Part shown: piece by piece, positions 1-8,707 of the stretch
Layout of the letters: the number at the start of each line of letters is the position of its first letter
Numbering within the stretch: the first letter of the stretch is position 1
Origin: Thermoproteus tenax Kra 1
GTDB lineage: Archaea > Thermoproteota > Thermoprotei > Thermoproteales > Thermoproteaceae
Direction of reading: 5' to 3'
Length of the DNA: 24,000 nt
Assembly (NCBI RefSeq): GCF_000253055.1
Contig: NC_016070.1
Span: 1,796,220 to 1,820,219 of the forward strand
Made by a program: the position numbers and the translations under genes
The notes under the pieces: generated by a model
The model's input: the letters and a program-made list of their open reading frames with translations, nothing else
The model's database searches: none
What the model was told of the DNA's origin: nothing

Positions 1-994
1 CGAAAAGCTTCAATGCCGCGTATATGGCGTCGTCGAAGTAGAAGTGATCACTGAAACCGATATGCCCGCTGTACTCAGCCCAGAACAATGCGTTGTGCCT
101 CATCGCGGCGGGCTTTTGAAAGCTGTGGCCCACGCGCTGTCTCAAGACTTTGACCCCCCTCTCGCGGGCGACGTCCTCTAAATATAGCGGCATAGTTACG
201 TCAAGCACAACCACATCTCCAGGTTTGGCCGCGTACTGCAGTAACACAAACACCATCTTCTCGGGCCTGAAGATCTGGGCTGATGCCGTGACCAAGCCTA
301 CTCTATCGCCATCACCATCAAGGGCCACACCTCCGTCGAGCCCCCGCGACTTGACGAGCTCTTGGAGTTGGCGTAAGTTCTCGGCCTTCTCAGGATCAGG
401 GGGGTGGGAGGGGAATCTTCCATCAGGTCTGTCGTTGATGGCGTACACCTCTCTGAAGATCCTCTTGAGGAGCGGCCTCAGAACAACGCCGGCTGCGTTT
501 GCAGGATCGAACCCTATCCTCATGTCGAACTCTCCGAACCTCCTTTCGAGAGTTTGGAAATAACGTTCTCTTATATCTTGGACATATATCAAACCCCTCT
601 GGAACTCTGGCGGCTCCTCCATAAGGTCGCGCAACGCGGCGAGCTCCTCTGAGGTCAAATCGATGCCGCCGCGGCGCATCACCTTCATCCCGTTGTATTC
701 GGGCGGGTTGTGGGACGCCGTTATCATAACTGCGGGCTCGTCGAGCGCCTTGGAGGCGAAGTGGGTCATAGGCGTAGTTACGTTGCCGAGTAGCTCCACG
801 TCAGAGACGGGCAGAAGGCCTGCGATCAGGTGGCGCGCCACATCGGGGGAGTGAGTCCTCACGTCCATTCCAATGAGGATCCTCTCGCCGTTGAAGAATT
901 TACCAATGGCGTAGCCGATCCTCCTTACGATCTCAGGGGAGAGGTCCTTGTTATATATCCCTCTGATGTCATAGGCCTTAAACACAGAGGACAT
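1..994 (-). CDS. phosphoglucomutase/phosphomannomutase family protein (alpha-D-phosphohexomutase); C-terminal part lies outside the window
   Basis: Absent from the ORF track because it has no stop inside the window. My reverse translation from the ATG (complement of 992-994) reads MSSVFKAYDIRGIYNKDLSPEIVRRIGYAIG...AVMITASHNPPEYNGMK...GGVALDGDGDRVG. It contains the catalytic-Ser loop TASHNP and the Mg-binding DGDGDR loop of this family. The short + strand ORFs at 150-1018 are its antisense shadows. Confidence 0.9.
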   Translation of the reverse strand, partial: MSSVFKAYDIRGIYNKDLSPEIVRRIGYAIGKFFNGERILIGMDVRTHSPDVARHLIAGLLPVSDVELLGNVTTPMTHFASKALDEPAVMITASHNPPEYNGMKVMRRGGIDLTSEELAALRDLMEEPPEFQRGLIYVQDIRERYFQTLERRFGEFDMRIGFDPANAAGVVLRPLLKRIFREVYAINDRPDGRFPSHPPDPEKAENLRQLQELVKSRGLDGGVALDGDGDRVGLVTASAQIFRPEKMVFVLLQYAAKPGDVVVLDVTMPLYLEDVARERGVKVLRQRVGHSFQKPAAMRHNALFWAEYSGHIGFSDHFYFDDAIYAALKLF

Positions 995-1175
995 GCAAAC
1001 GTTGGCGCACGGGTTTAAGACTATTACCGTCCTCCTTGCCCTAAAGGGCGAGGCCCCAAGTTGTAGCTCCTTTAGTCTCCCCGTGCGGTGCCCAACCTCC
1101 CGGGGAGGATCGCCCGCGGATGTGGGTCTCGATAGTTAACGGTACAGCTTATATACCGCTGCGCCGAGATATTTT

Positions 1176-2303
1176 GTGAGGTTGGGCGGCTATGCGGATC
1201 TGCCGTTGCACACAGGGCACGTCCCCCCATGGTTATTGGCTAGGATGAAGAAGCTCTCAGCTATACTGGTGAAAATAATGTACGATATGTGGGGCGAGAA
1301 TGGGATCGTTGAGAGGTTGGCCAGCCCGGTGTTCTTCCAGGCAGTGAACAACTTGATAGGTATGGACTGGGATTCGTCGGGAAGCACCACGGTCACTACG
1401 GCGGTCTTGAAATATGCCTTCGAAAAATCCGATGTGCCTGTGAGGATTGCAGGCGGCAAGGGAGAGCACGCCCTTAAAACGCCGGAGGAGTTGAGAGCCA
1501 TAGCGGATGCCTGGGGCCTAGACGGCGAGAGTCTCATTGAGGCATCGCGGCTGGCTGCCAAGGTTGACAACGCGCTGGTGCAGGATGGCTACACAATATA
1601 TCATCACGCCTTTGTCGTCGCCAGAAGCGGCACGTGGGCGGTGATTCAACAGGGTATGAACACTGAGAACAGAATGGCGAGGAGGTACCACTGGATCAAG
1701 ACGGAGGACTTCTTCAACGATCCGCACAAGGGCATAGTGGGGAAAAGGGGAGAGGGAGTATTGAACCTAGCCTCATCTAAGAGCGCGGAGAACCGCGCCG
1801 TAATTTTAGAGCTCGCCGCATCGGGGCCCGAGAAGTTGGCAAGGGACTTGCTGATACTTACAGGCCAGTCCACCCTTGTTCCCTATTATCATCCCTATGT
1901 GGACAGGAGGAGGATCAAGGCGGAGCTCGGCGATGTGAGACATATAGTGGCCTCTGTGCCGAGGGGGGCCAGCAGCTTCAAGGAGTTGGTCTTAAGCAGA
2001 GGCGTGGGCCCGAAGACGCTGAGAGCGCTGGCCCTTGTGGCCGAGTTACTATACAGAGCGCCGGCCGACTGGAGAGATCCGGCCAACGTTGATCCCTTTA
2101 AATTCTCCTTTGCAGTTGGAGGCAAGGACGGAGTGCCGTACCCTGTGGATAGACGCACTTACGACGAGCTTATCTCTCTGTTGGAGGCCATGGTCGAGGC
2201 TGCCAAAGGCGAGAGGGGGATCTATACGTATCTCTCATCGTTGGCTAAGAGGGCCATGGCGTGGAGCCCTCCCCAGGGCTCCAAGAGGCCGACGCCGCCC
2301 TAA
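1176..2303 (+). CDS. DUF763 domain protein (conserved archaeal protein of unknown function)
   Basis: 375-aa ORF with a GTG start about 24 nt after TTATATA (1149-1155). N-terminal LPLHTGHVPPWLLARMKKL and GMDWDSSGSTTVT match my recollection of the DUF763 family. The assignment is from memory, not searched. Confidence 0.75.
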   Translation: MRLGGYADLPLHTGHVPPWLLARMKKLSAILVKIMYDMWGENGIVERLASPVFFQAVNNLIGMDWDSSGSTTVTTAVLKYAFEKSDVPVRIAGGKGEHALKTPEELRAIADAWGLDGESLIEASRLAAKVDNALVQDGYTIYHHAFVVARSGTWAVIQQGMNTENRMARRYHWIKTEDFFNDPHKGIVGKRGEGVLNLASSKSAENRAVILELAASGPEKLARDLLILTGQSTLVPYYHPYVDRRRIKAELGDVRHIVASVPRGASSFKELVLSRGVGPKTLRALALVAELLYRAPADWRDPANVDPFKFSFAVGGKDGVPYPVDRRTYDELISLLEAMVEAAKGERGIYTYLSSLAKRAMAWSPPQGSKRPTPP

Positions 2304-2313
2304 TTTATTTAAA
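2304..2313 (+). promoter_or_regulatory. TATA box of the Ard1-type acetyltransferase gene
   Basis: TTTATTTAAA is centred about 25 nt before the GTG at 2333. It starts directly after the DUF763 stop codon. Confidence 0.45.
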
Positions 2314-2332
2314 CTTGCCGTCTTGATATTGG

Positions 2333-2863
2333 GTGCAGATCTTATTAGAGGGCCCCCAAGAGTTCGTGGGCAAAGACGGCAGACGTTATATACTCAGAGA
2401 GTTCCGGGCTTCCGATCTCAACGCAGTTGTATCAATAAACAGACGCGTTCTGCCCGAGAACTACCCCGAGTGGTTCTTCATGGAGCACCATCTTTCTTTC
2501 CCCAAGGCGTTTATAGTGGCCGAGATGAACGGGGAGCTCGTGGGATATATGATGAATAGAGTCGAGTACGGGTGGAGCTATATAAATAAGGGTAGAGCGG
2601 CCAGGAAAGGACACGTGGTTTCCATCGGAGTTCTGCCGCAGGCCAGAAGGATAGGGATAGCGACCAACATGATGTTGAGAGGTATGAATGCCATGAGGGC
2701 TTTTTATGAGGCCGAGGAGGTCTTCCTTGAGGTGAGAGTCAGCAACACTCCGGCGATATCGCTCTATAAGAAGTTGGGGTTCGAGATAGCCGGCAGAATC
2801 CCGCGCTACTACAGCGATGGGGAGGACGCCTACATTATGGCGAGATCTCTGGAGAATTTATGA
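2333..2863 (+). CDS. N-alpha-acetyltransferase, Ard1/NatA-catalytic-like GNAT (RimI-type annotation)
   Basis: 176 aa. INRRVLPENYPEWFF...KGHVVSIGVLPQARRIGIATNMM...EVFLEVRVSNTPAISLYKKLGF...YYSDGEDAYIMARSL is nearly colinear with Sulfolobus Ard1 as I recall it. It includes the Q/RxxGxA acetyl-CoA motif. The GTG start lies about 25 nt after TTTATTTAAA. Confidence 0.9.
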   Translation: MQILLEGPQEFVGKDGRRYILREFRASDLNAVVSINRRVLPENYPEWFFMEHHLSFPKAFIVAEMNGELVGYMMNRVEYGWSYINKGRAARKGHVVSIGVLPQARRIGIATNMMLRGMNAMRAFYEAEEVFLEVRVSNTPAISLYKKLGFEIAGRIPRYYSDGEDAYIMARSLENL

Positions 2864-2864
2864 C

Positions 2865-4100
2865 CTACTCTCCGAATTTCTCTGAGAGACCCAAGTAGCT
2901 AGCCAGTATAGGCGTGATATCGATGCCTTTTATCCTCCCCAAGGCGCCCCTCCAACAGGTCAGCTCGCTGAACTTGGTGACGTCGTCTCTAATCACGTCC
3001 GGACCGTAGAGAAGCACCGGCACCGGCTCCCCTGTGTGTTCTCTCACTGAGACTGGCGTCGCGTGATCCGATGTGACCACCACGTAGTTCTCTCTGAGCA
3101 CAGCCTCGTAGGGCCTCAGCGCTGCGTCCAATCTTTCGACGACGTCGACTTTACCTCTGAAGTCTCCATCGTGGCTCGCCGAATCGGTCCCTTTGACGTG
3201 CAAGAAGACTAAGTCGTAGCGTTTCATGAGCTGTACAGCTAGCTTTACAGCCTCATCAAACTTATCGAACTTGGTGCCCACAAGGCCCTCGGCAGTGTAG
3301 ACGTCCATGCCGACGGCCTTGGCAACCCCCCTTATCAGTGCAACGCCTGCGACAGCTGCCGCCCTTATTTTATATTTGTCGTGTATGCTCTCTATACTGG
3401 GCATATACCCGCCGCCGCGCACCAAGATGGCGTTTATGAGGGGCTCGCCTTTGGAGCCCCTCCTCTTATTGGCCTCCAGCTCCTTCGATAGAGACCTGAA
3501 CCTGGCTGTTATCTCGTTGATGACCTCGGCAGTGACCTTGGCCCTCTCATCGCCGTCGAGGGGAGCCGAGGGCTTGATCGCCTCCCCTACCTTGTGGGGA
3601 TCTGTGTCCGACACTCTGTGGGAGACCGCGCCTCTCAGGACGAGGACCCCCCTGTGCTCAACTGTTGATTTGTAAAGAATAGATACGCCGTATTTTCTCT
3701 CGATCTCCTCGCCTATTTTGGCCATCAAGCCCTCTACCTCCTGCGCCTCCTCAGGAGATATATATCTCCCCGCCCTTCTGTCCACCACAATGCCTCTCTC
3801 GTCCACTGTGGCCAAATTAGTTCTGAACGCCACATCGCCAGGTTTCAGGTCAACGCCGGCGCCCAGGGCCTCGAAGGCGCCCCTTCCCGTGTAGTATTTA
3901 TAGGGATCGTAGCCGAACAGAGCCAGATGCGCCGTATCGGAGCCCGGCCTTATCCCCGGCGCTATTGGATCCATCATGCCGCAGGAGCCGTAGGAGGCCA
4001 AGCTATCTATCACCGGCTTAAGGGCGGCGAAAAACGGCGTCGTGCCCTCCCTTGGCCTATCGCCGCCGCCGTCGAACAATATCCAAAGCACTGATGTCAT
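2865..4100 (-). CDS. apgM: 2,3-bisphosphoglycerate-independent phosphoglycerate mutase, archaeal type (ApgM)
   Basis: ILFDGGGDRP..., PGSDTAHLALFGYDPYKYYTGRGAFEALGAG and VTSDHATP are typical of COG3635 ApgM. The track ORF extends to a TTG at 4130, but that TTG lies inside the TATA box (TTTTTAA, complement of 4121-4127). I therefore prefer the ATG at 4100 (MTSVLWILFDGGGDRP), 24 nt downstream of it. Confidence 0.9.
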   Translation of the reverse strand: MTSVLWILFDGGGDRPREGTTPFFAALKPVIDSLASYGSCGMMDPIAPGIRPGSDTAHLALFGYDPYKYYTGRGAFEALGAGVDLKPGDVAFRTNLATVDERGIVVDRRAGRYISPEEAQEVEGLMAKIGEEIERKYGVSILYKSTVEHRGVLVLRGAVSHRVSDTDPHKVGEAIKPSAPLDGDERAKVTAEVINEITARFRSLSKELEANKRRGSKGEPLINAILVRGGGYMPSIESIHDKYKIRAAAVAGVALIRGVAKAVGMDVYTAEGLVGTKFDKFDEAVKLAVQLMKRYDLVFLHVKGTDSASHDGDFRGKVDVVERLDAALRPYEAVLRENYVVVTSDHATPVSVREHTGEPVPVLLYGPDVIRDDVTKFSELTCWRGALGRIKGIDITPILASYLGLSEKFGE

Positions 4101-4120
4101 AACTCGAAGAAACTTCTGGA

Positions 4121-4127
4121 TTAAAAA
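4121..4127 (-). promoter_or_regulatory. TATA box of apgM
   Basis: Minus-strand TTTTTAA is centred 24 nt before the ATG at 4100. Confidence 0.45.
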
Positions 4128-4178
4128 CAATGTTGGGACGGCCCCCTAGGAGGGCATAGCTTGAGCGCTCAGGCGCAA

Positions 4179-4484
4179 TCAAGAGGTCTCCTGCTCTATC
4201 CAGGCGAGGTACTCCCTTAGGCCCTGAGTTATGGGCACAACTATTATTTCAGGCAGCTTGTAGGGATGAATCTTTCTCACCTCCTCGATCAACTCTTGGA
4301 CTTTGTCGGCTTTAGTTTTAGCTATCAATAACGCCTCTTTGTCCTCCTCGACTTTTCCCTCCCAACGATATACCGACTCAACGCCCACAATGTTGACACA
4401 CGCAGCCAGCCTCCTCTCGACTAGATGGCGCGCTATCTTCTTGCCCTCAGACTCTGGGGCCGTTATATACGCTACTACGAACAC
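4179..4484 (-). CDS. cutA: divalent-cation tolerance protein CutA
   Basis: 101 aa. AACVNIVGVESVYRWEGKVEEDKEALLIAKT...KIHPYKLPEIIVVPI is the CutA1 signature pattern. Confidence 0.9.
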   Translation of the reverse strand: MFVVAYITAPESEGKKIARHLVERRLAACVNIVGVESVYRWEGKVEEDKEALLIAKTKADKVQELIEEVRKIHPYKLPEIIVVPITQGLREYLAWIEQETS

Positions 4485-4490
4485 AGCCCG

Positions 4491-4976
4491 CTATCTTGTA
4501 TCTAATTTAAGTTTGCATGTGGGACATAGAAGGGAGGCGACCTTGGCTCCGAGCTCTGTCAAACCTCCGTTTCTATCCGTCAGCCCCATCTCGATGAACG
4601 CCCTATGTTGGACGCGGTGACCTCTACATATGTCTACCAACGCCCTTTTCTCCTCCTCCGACAAGACATCTAGGTAGGCCCTAGGGCCTTCTCTGGCCAC
4701 CTCCCTGAGCAGGAGTTCGCCGGCCCTCGAGAGTTTGTAGTATATGTGGTGTTTTCTGACCTCATTGCTGAGCTTGAACCTGGCCTTGGATCGCTTGAGC
4801 GTGTGACCTCCAACCCTCTCGATGAGGCCCAGCTCCTCCAGCCGCTCTAGGGCATCTATCACTTCAGAGAGATCGACCCTTAGATTCTTCGCAATAGATT
4901 TTCCATAGTCTATATAGGCCCTCTTTAGATGGAACAAAATATCAATATATAATTTTTTACGAAGTACATCTTTCAT
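4491..4976 (-). CDS. winged-helix DNA-binding protein (possibly DUF2250-type archaeal wHTH)
   Basis: 161 aa. GKSIAKNLRVDLSEVIDALERLEELGLIERV...KHHIYYKLSRAGELLL has an HTH plus wing pattern. Its ATG overlaps the stop of the upstream DUF1634 gene (ATGA at 4973-4976). The family name is from memory only. Confidence 0.6.
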   Translation of the reverse strand: MKDVLRKKLYIDILFHLKRAYIDYGKSIAKNLRVDLSEVIDALERLEELGLIERVGGHTLKRSKARFKLSNEVRKHHIYYKLSRAGELLLREVAREGPRAYLDVLSEEEKRALVDICRGHRVQHRAFIEMGLTDRNGGLTELGAKVASLLCPTCKLKLDTR

Positions 4977-5350
4977 TTAAGAAGAATAGGTATTATAAAT
5001 ATAGCGAAGAATAAATTGAATAATACAATTGAAGTTATTGCCACATATATATAGTTTTTCTCCTTGATAAACTGTATCAATCCCATGGCAACTCTCACAA
5101 TAGGAGTTGCGATGAGGACTATTAGGCCCAACATCATTATGTCGACACCGTTAAGTCTCGTGATACCTGCAAAAACCGCGGAAGGCTGTATCCTCGAGGA
5201 GTTTAGGAGGGAATGTGGGGTTGACAACTGGCTTAGCGCATCTGAGTTAGAGGGATTTGCGAATAAGACCACAAGACCTGCGATCACTAGCGCTATGCTC
5301 ACCAATACTCCTATGCGCAGTGTATATCCTATGATATCCTCTAGCTCCAT
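4973..5350 (-). CDS. small integral membrane protein, DUF1634-like partner of TauE/SafE
   Basis: 125 aa with three to four hydrophobic helices. It overlaps the tauE-like gene by 10 nt. The small-membrane-protein/TauE pairing is a common conserved arrangement. Confidence 0.6.
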   Translation of the reverse strand: MELEDIIGYTLRIGVLVSIALVIAGLVVLFANPSNSDALSQLSTPHSLLNSSRIQPSAVFAGITRLNGVDIMMLGLIVLIATPIVRVAMGLIQFIKEKNYIYVAITSIVLFNLFFAIFIIPILLK

Positions 5351-6201
5351 ATCCCTAGGCCCCGTAATATCATTTGGATCCCTAGAATCGCAAGTATGGC
5401 CATGAAGATATAGCGTATGGTCACGTTCCTCAGCTTTATCAACACTCTAGCCCCTATGAAGGAGCCCGCCAGAACTCCGATAGCTGTGACCGAGGCGAAG
5501 AGCGGCTGGATATATCCGAAGAACCAGTAGATCGAGCTGCCCGTGGCGGCAGTCACGCCGATCATAAAGTTGCTCGTCGTCGTCGAGACCTTGATCGGGA
5601 GATTCATGGCCCAGTCCATACCCAGCACCTTGAGGGCCCCGCTGCCTATCCCCAGAAGACCTGATATGAGCCCGGCGACGAACATTATGGATTCGCCGAG
5701 CCACCAACGTACTCCGTGGTACTCGACCTCGCGCCCCAATACGGGGTCGTAGTATTTGCCATAGAGCTGGAGCCACTTGCTCCATCTGTCCGGCGGCTTG
5801 GGCTCGGGCAGCTCAAACTTAGATCTAGTTATCTGAGTATATATGGAGGACAGCAGCACTATGCCGAACACTACATATATTATGCGTTGAAGTCCGTGGG
5901 CATAAACCCACGCGGCCAACAATGAACCTATTATCGATCCCGCCGTCGTCGCTATCTCGAGCGACATGCCTATTCTGACGTTGGCTACCCTATCTCTCAC
6001 ATATGCCGAGCCGGCGCCGCTCGACGTGGCTATTGTGGCTATCAAGCTGGCCCCCGCTGCGTACTGTATTGGTATCCCCAGAAATAACACATAGATAGGG
6101 ACAAGAAATGTGGCGCCGCCGAGACCTGTCAGCGATCCCATAAAACCAGAGGCTATGCTTGAAAGAACCATGGCCGCTATAAGAAGGATCACATCAAGCA
6201 T
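5341..6201 (-). CDS. TauE/SafE (DUF81) family anion/sulfite exporter
   Basis: 286 aa and polytopic. Two internally related Gly-rich halves (GSLTGLGGATFLVP and GLLGIGSGALKV) are typical of the duplicated 4-TM TauE/SafE fold. ATG at 6201 lies about 24 nt after a minus-strand TATA (TCTTTTTAATAC). Confidence 0.8.
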   Translation of the reverse strand: MLDVILLIAAMVLSSIASGFMGSLTGLGGATFLVPIYVLFLGIPIQYAAGASLIATIATSSGAGSAYVRDRVANVRIGMSLEIATTAGSIIGSLLAAWVYAHGLQRIIYVVFGIVLLSSIYTQITRSKFELPEPKPPDRWSKWLQLYGKYYDPVLGREVEYHGVRWWLGESIMFVAGLISGLLGIGSGALKVLGMDWAMNLPIKVSTTTSNFMIGVTAATGSSIYWFFGYIQPLFASVTAIGVLAGSFIGARVLIKLRNVTIRYIFMAILAILGIQMILRGLGIWS

Positions 6202-6261
6202 GACTAGCTAAACAACTTGTATTAAAAAGATAAATCTATTTAATGGAGACGCGATTCTATA

Positions 6262-7098
6262 GTGACTCGGGGGGAGGAGATCTACGAAGTCGGCGTGAAG
6301 CTAATCGAGGAGACGCTCCCCAGATACGATAGGGTAGCGAAGGCGTGGGAGATTTTGACGTCGGACGAAGAGATCGAGGCTTACCTACATATGGCGAACG
6401 TTTTCACAGTCAACAGACTACACTACAACGACCACGGACCCGTCCACTCGAGGATAGTTGCCGGTAGTGCCATGGCCATATACAGCATACTCTACCGCCG
6501 CGGTTTTCAGCCGAGCATCATAAGAGACGGCGTCGGCGATCTAGAGGACTCGCTAATTGTGACTCTAGTCGGCGCCTATCTACACGATATAGGTAACAGC
6601 GTGCACAGGACACATCATCCCCTCTATTCCGCATATATAGCGGACAAGGTTGTTATGAAGATCCTTGAGCCCATATATGGGCTGACTAAAAAGGCCTTCA
6701 TGTTGAAGCAGGAGATAATGCACGTGACGTTCTGCCACGATGAGGCCTACAACTGTCTGACGTTCGAGGGCGCCGTAGCCAAGATAGCCGACGGGACCGA
6801 CATGGCCGAGGGAAGGGCAAGGATGCCGTACGAGATAGGCAAGAATGACATACACGCTCTATCAGCCTTAGCCATAAGGAAGGTCTATCTGGGGCCGGGG
6901 GACAACAAGCCGCTCGTGATATACGTCCACATGGACTCAGAGACAGGTATATTCCAAGTGGACGAGGTACTGGGCAAGAAGATAGCGACATCGGGCCTTG
7001 CTCCCTTCGTGGAAGTCAAGACGTTCGTGCAGGGGAGGCCGTGGGTAGTGCGCACTTTCGAGACCACGCACGTGATACGAGGGCTTAATCAAGTTTGA
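6262..7098 (+). CDS. HD-domain metal-dependent phosphohydrolase
   Basis: 278 aa. GPVHS...(H) and LHDIGNSVHRTHH (HD dyad) are followed by further His/Asp residues. GTG start about 20-25 nt after CTATTTAAT. Confidence 0.8.
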   Translation: MTRGEEIYEVGVKLIEETLPRYDRVAKAWEILTSDEEIEAYLHMANVFTVNRLHYNDHGPVHSRIVAGSAMAIYSILYRRGFQPSIIRDGVGDLEDSLIVTLVGAYLHDIGNSVHRTHHPLYSAYIADKVVMKILEPIYGLTKKAFMLKQEIMHVTFCHDEAYNCLTFEGAVAKIADGTDMAEGRARMPYEIGKNDIHALSALAIRKVYLGPGDNKPLVIYVHMDSETGIFQVDEVLGKKIATSGLAPFVEVKTFVQGRPWVVRTFETTHVIRGLNQV

Positions 7099-8047
7099 CA
7101 ATTCTCGATGCCCTCTCGAGATCTGATCTGATAACTTCAACGAACGCCTTAGCCTTAAGGCATGGGGGCGAGCCCTCGAGTATTGGTATTATCTTAAGAA
7201 TGAACTCGTACTCGCCTTCCGCCGCTGCGCTGTCAAGACTCTTGGAGACATCCCGGAGCTTAGAGATAGAGGTCCCCTCCACGGGCTCCGACAAGACGAT
7301 GAGACCTACCAACTTGCCCGTCTCTCTTACGAGCACATGGAAGATCTTGTCGCCGGCCCTTACGTAGGCTAGATGCATCGGCAAGAGGGCTATGTCGAGC
7401 CTCTCGAAGAGGTCTATCACGCTGTACAATGTCCTCTCTATCAGCGCATTGTAGCAGGAAGGCAACCCGTTTTTGTCTATACACGAGAAGTTACAAGGCG
7501 TGCACGGAGGATGTATCACTCTCACGAACTCGCCTGTGTATTTCACTTCATCGGCCCTCAGAGTCTTCCCGTAGCTCCTCAGAGTCGTCTCAACCACCTC
7601 GCCCAATTTGTCGCACGACTCGCCGAGTTTCTCTATGATCTCTCTTATGATGCAGTTGCGGAGAGATATCTCTCGGAGCACCGCTGCGGCCTCGGACCTC
7701 CTGCCCGAGTAGAGGAGCCTGCCGACCTCCAGCGCTTGTTTCGAGAAGACTCCGCCCGAGGAAAGGCCTAGGGCGCTCAACGTCGGCGTTATAGTTCTGG
7801 TCAAACTTTTGTTGAGCCCTCTCTCCTCAAGATATCTCCCCACTACGGAGGCCACATCAACATCGCCCCTAAGGTAAGAGGTGTAGGCCGCCGAAAGTAT
7901 CTCTAGGAGCCTCTCGGGCGGAACTCTGATGTACCACGAGTTATATATACATCCGTCCTCGAGAGCGCCTCTAAGCTCTGAGCACAGCTTCTCCAGATCG
8001 GCAACGCTCTTGACCTCATACAGCTTGTCCCCCACCTTGATCTGCAC
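7085..8047 (-). CDS. hypothetical protein with CxxCx3Cx8C cysteine cluster
   Basis: 320-aa ORF with ordinary codon usage. GTG start 23 nt after a minus-strand TATA (CTTTATAATTTAG, complement of 8064-8076). Contains HPPCTPCNFSCIDKNGLPSC. I recognise no family. Confidence 0.6.
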   Translation of the reverse strand: MQIKVGDKLYEVKSVADLEKLCSELRGALEDGCIYNSWYIRVPPERLLEILSAAYTSYLRGDVDVASVVGRYLEERGLNKSLTRTITPTLSALGLSSGGVFSKQALEVGRLLYSGRRSEAAAVLREISLRNCIIREIIEKLGESCDKLGEVVETTLRSYGKTLRADEVKYTGEFVRVIHPPCTPCNFSCIDKNGLPSCYNALIERTLYSVIDLFERLDIALLPMHLAYVRAGDKIFHVLVRETGKLVGLIVLSEPVEGTSISKLRDVSKSLDSAAAEGEYEFILKIIPILEGSPPCLKAKAFVEVIRSDLERASRIVKLD

Positions 8048-8063
8048 GACATAGGAACATCGA

Positions 8064-8076
8064 CTAAATTATAAAG
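8064..8076 (-). promoter_or_regulatory. TATA box of the 7085-8047 hypothetical gene
   Basis: Minus-strand CTTTATAATTTAG is centred 23 nt before the GTG at 8047. Confidence 0.45.
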
Positions 8077-8119
8077 CGTGACGCAGGCAGGAGAATATAT
8101 GGGTAAAACCTGGCGCCAT

Positions 8120-8128
8120 CTAAATAAA
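8120..8128 (+). promoter_or_regulatory. TATA box of the 8149-8526 hypothetical gene
   Basis: CTAAATAAA is centred 25 nt before the GTG at 8149. Confidence 0.45.
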
Positions 8129-8148
8129 CCGGCTCTCACAACTCTGAG

Positions 8149-8526
8149 GTGCAAGCTCTCCTGGAGGAGGCCGTGGACGTCATCATAAGCGGAGATAGAG
8201 AGCGGGCCAGAGAGCTCCTTGGGAAGATCCACAGAGAGAAGACGTTTATCCTCGCCGACTATTACCTGGGGGCCGATGTTATGAGGGATGTCGCCCGATA
8301 TCATGCAGTCCATATCGCAATTATGTCGCTGTTCCCGCAGAGTAAGAGCGGAGGGGGGCTGACGGGCTTGGATCTATCGCTTTCGTCGGCCTTCGCGCAA
8401 GCCCTCAGCACGTGCGGCCGTCTGGAGAGTGGCGTAGATGCCCCGCCCGAGTTAGCCAGTTTCTTTAAAGAGGTGGCCGACTCACTCAACGAACTTGTAC
8501 GGATCATATGCTTGAGGAGGAGGTAA
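8149..8526 (+). CDS. hypothetical small alpha-helical protein
   Basis: 125-aa ORF. GTG start 25 nt after CTAAATAAA (8120-8128), divergent from the 7085-8047 gene. No recognisable family. Confidence 0.5.
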   Translation: MQALLEEAVDVIISGDRERARELLGKIHREKTFILADYYLGADVMRDVARYHAVHIAIMSLFPQSKSGGGLTGLDLSLSSAFAQALSTCGRLESGVDAPPELASFFKEVADSLNELVRIICLRRR

Positions 8527-8678
8527 AAAGGGCGGTGGAACTGGCCAAGCGGAGCGGGAGGAGGGGGTGGGTGTTAGTAAAATTGCCCAACGAGTTGATA
8601 GGCGCCTTCCAGAGCCCCTCGGAGGCAAAGAGAGCCGCCAGAGAGCCGGGCGTGTACGTGTTGGTGGACAACACCTAA
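8508..8678 (+). CDS. candidate 56-aa small protein (below the 60-aa floor of the supplied ORF track)
   Basis: My translation gives ATG 8508 to TAA 8676-8678: MLEEEVKRAVELAKRSGRRGWVLVKLPNELIGAFQSPSEAKRAAREPGVYVLVDNT. It overlaps the end of the upstream ORF by 19 nt. It stops just before the TATA box of the next gene (8682-8690). Non-degenerate composition. No homology known to me. Confidence 0.3.
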   Translation: MLEEEVKRAVELAKRSGRRGWVLVKLPNELIGAFQSPSEAKRAAREPGVYVLVDNT

Positions 8679-8707
8679 CGCTTTTAAATTGAGGCGTCCG
8701 ACAACGC

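Noticed and set aside
150-1018. Four overlapping + strand ORFs (62-137 aa) in the supplied track
   Set aside because: They are antisense shadows of the minus-strand phosphohexomutase gene. That gene has clear family motifs (TASHNP, DGDGDR). The + strand peptides are S/T/P-rich with no motifs.
8284-8304. RDVARYH in the 125-aa protein as a HEPN Rx4-6H nuclease motif (possible toxin)
   Set aside because: A single short motif match in the middle of the protein is not enough. There is no adjacent minimal nucleotidyltransferase gene with GSx10DxD, and no other HEPN features I can verify without a profile search.
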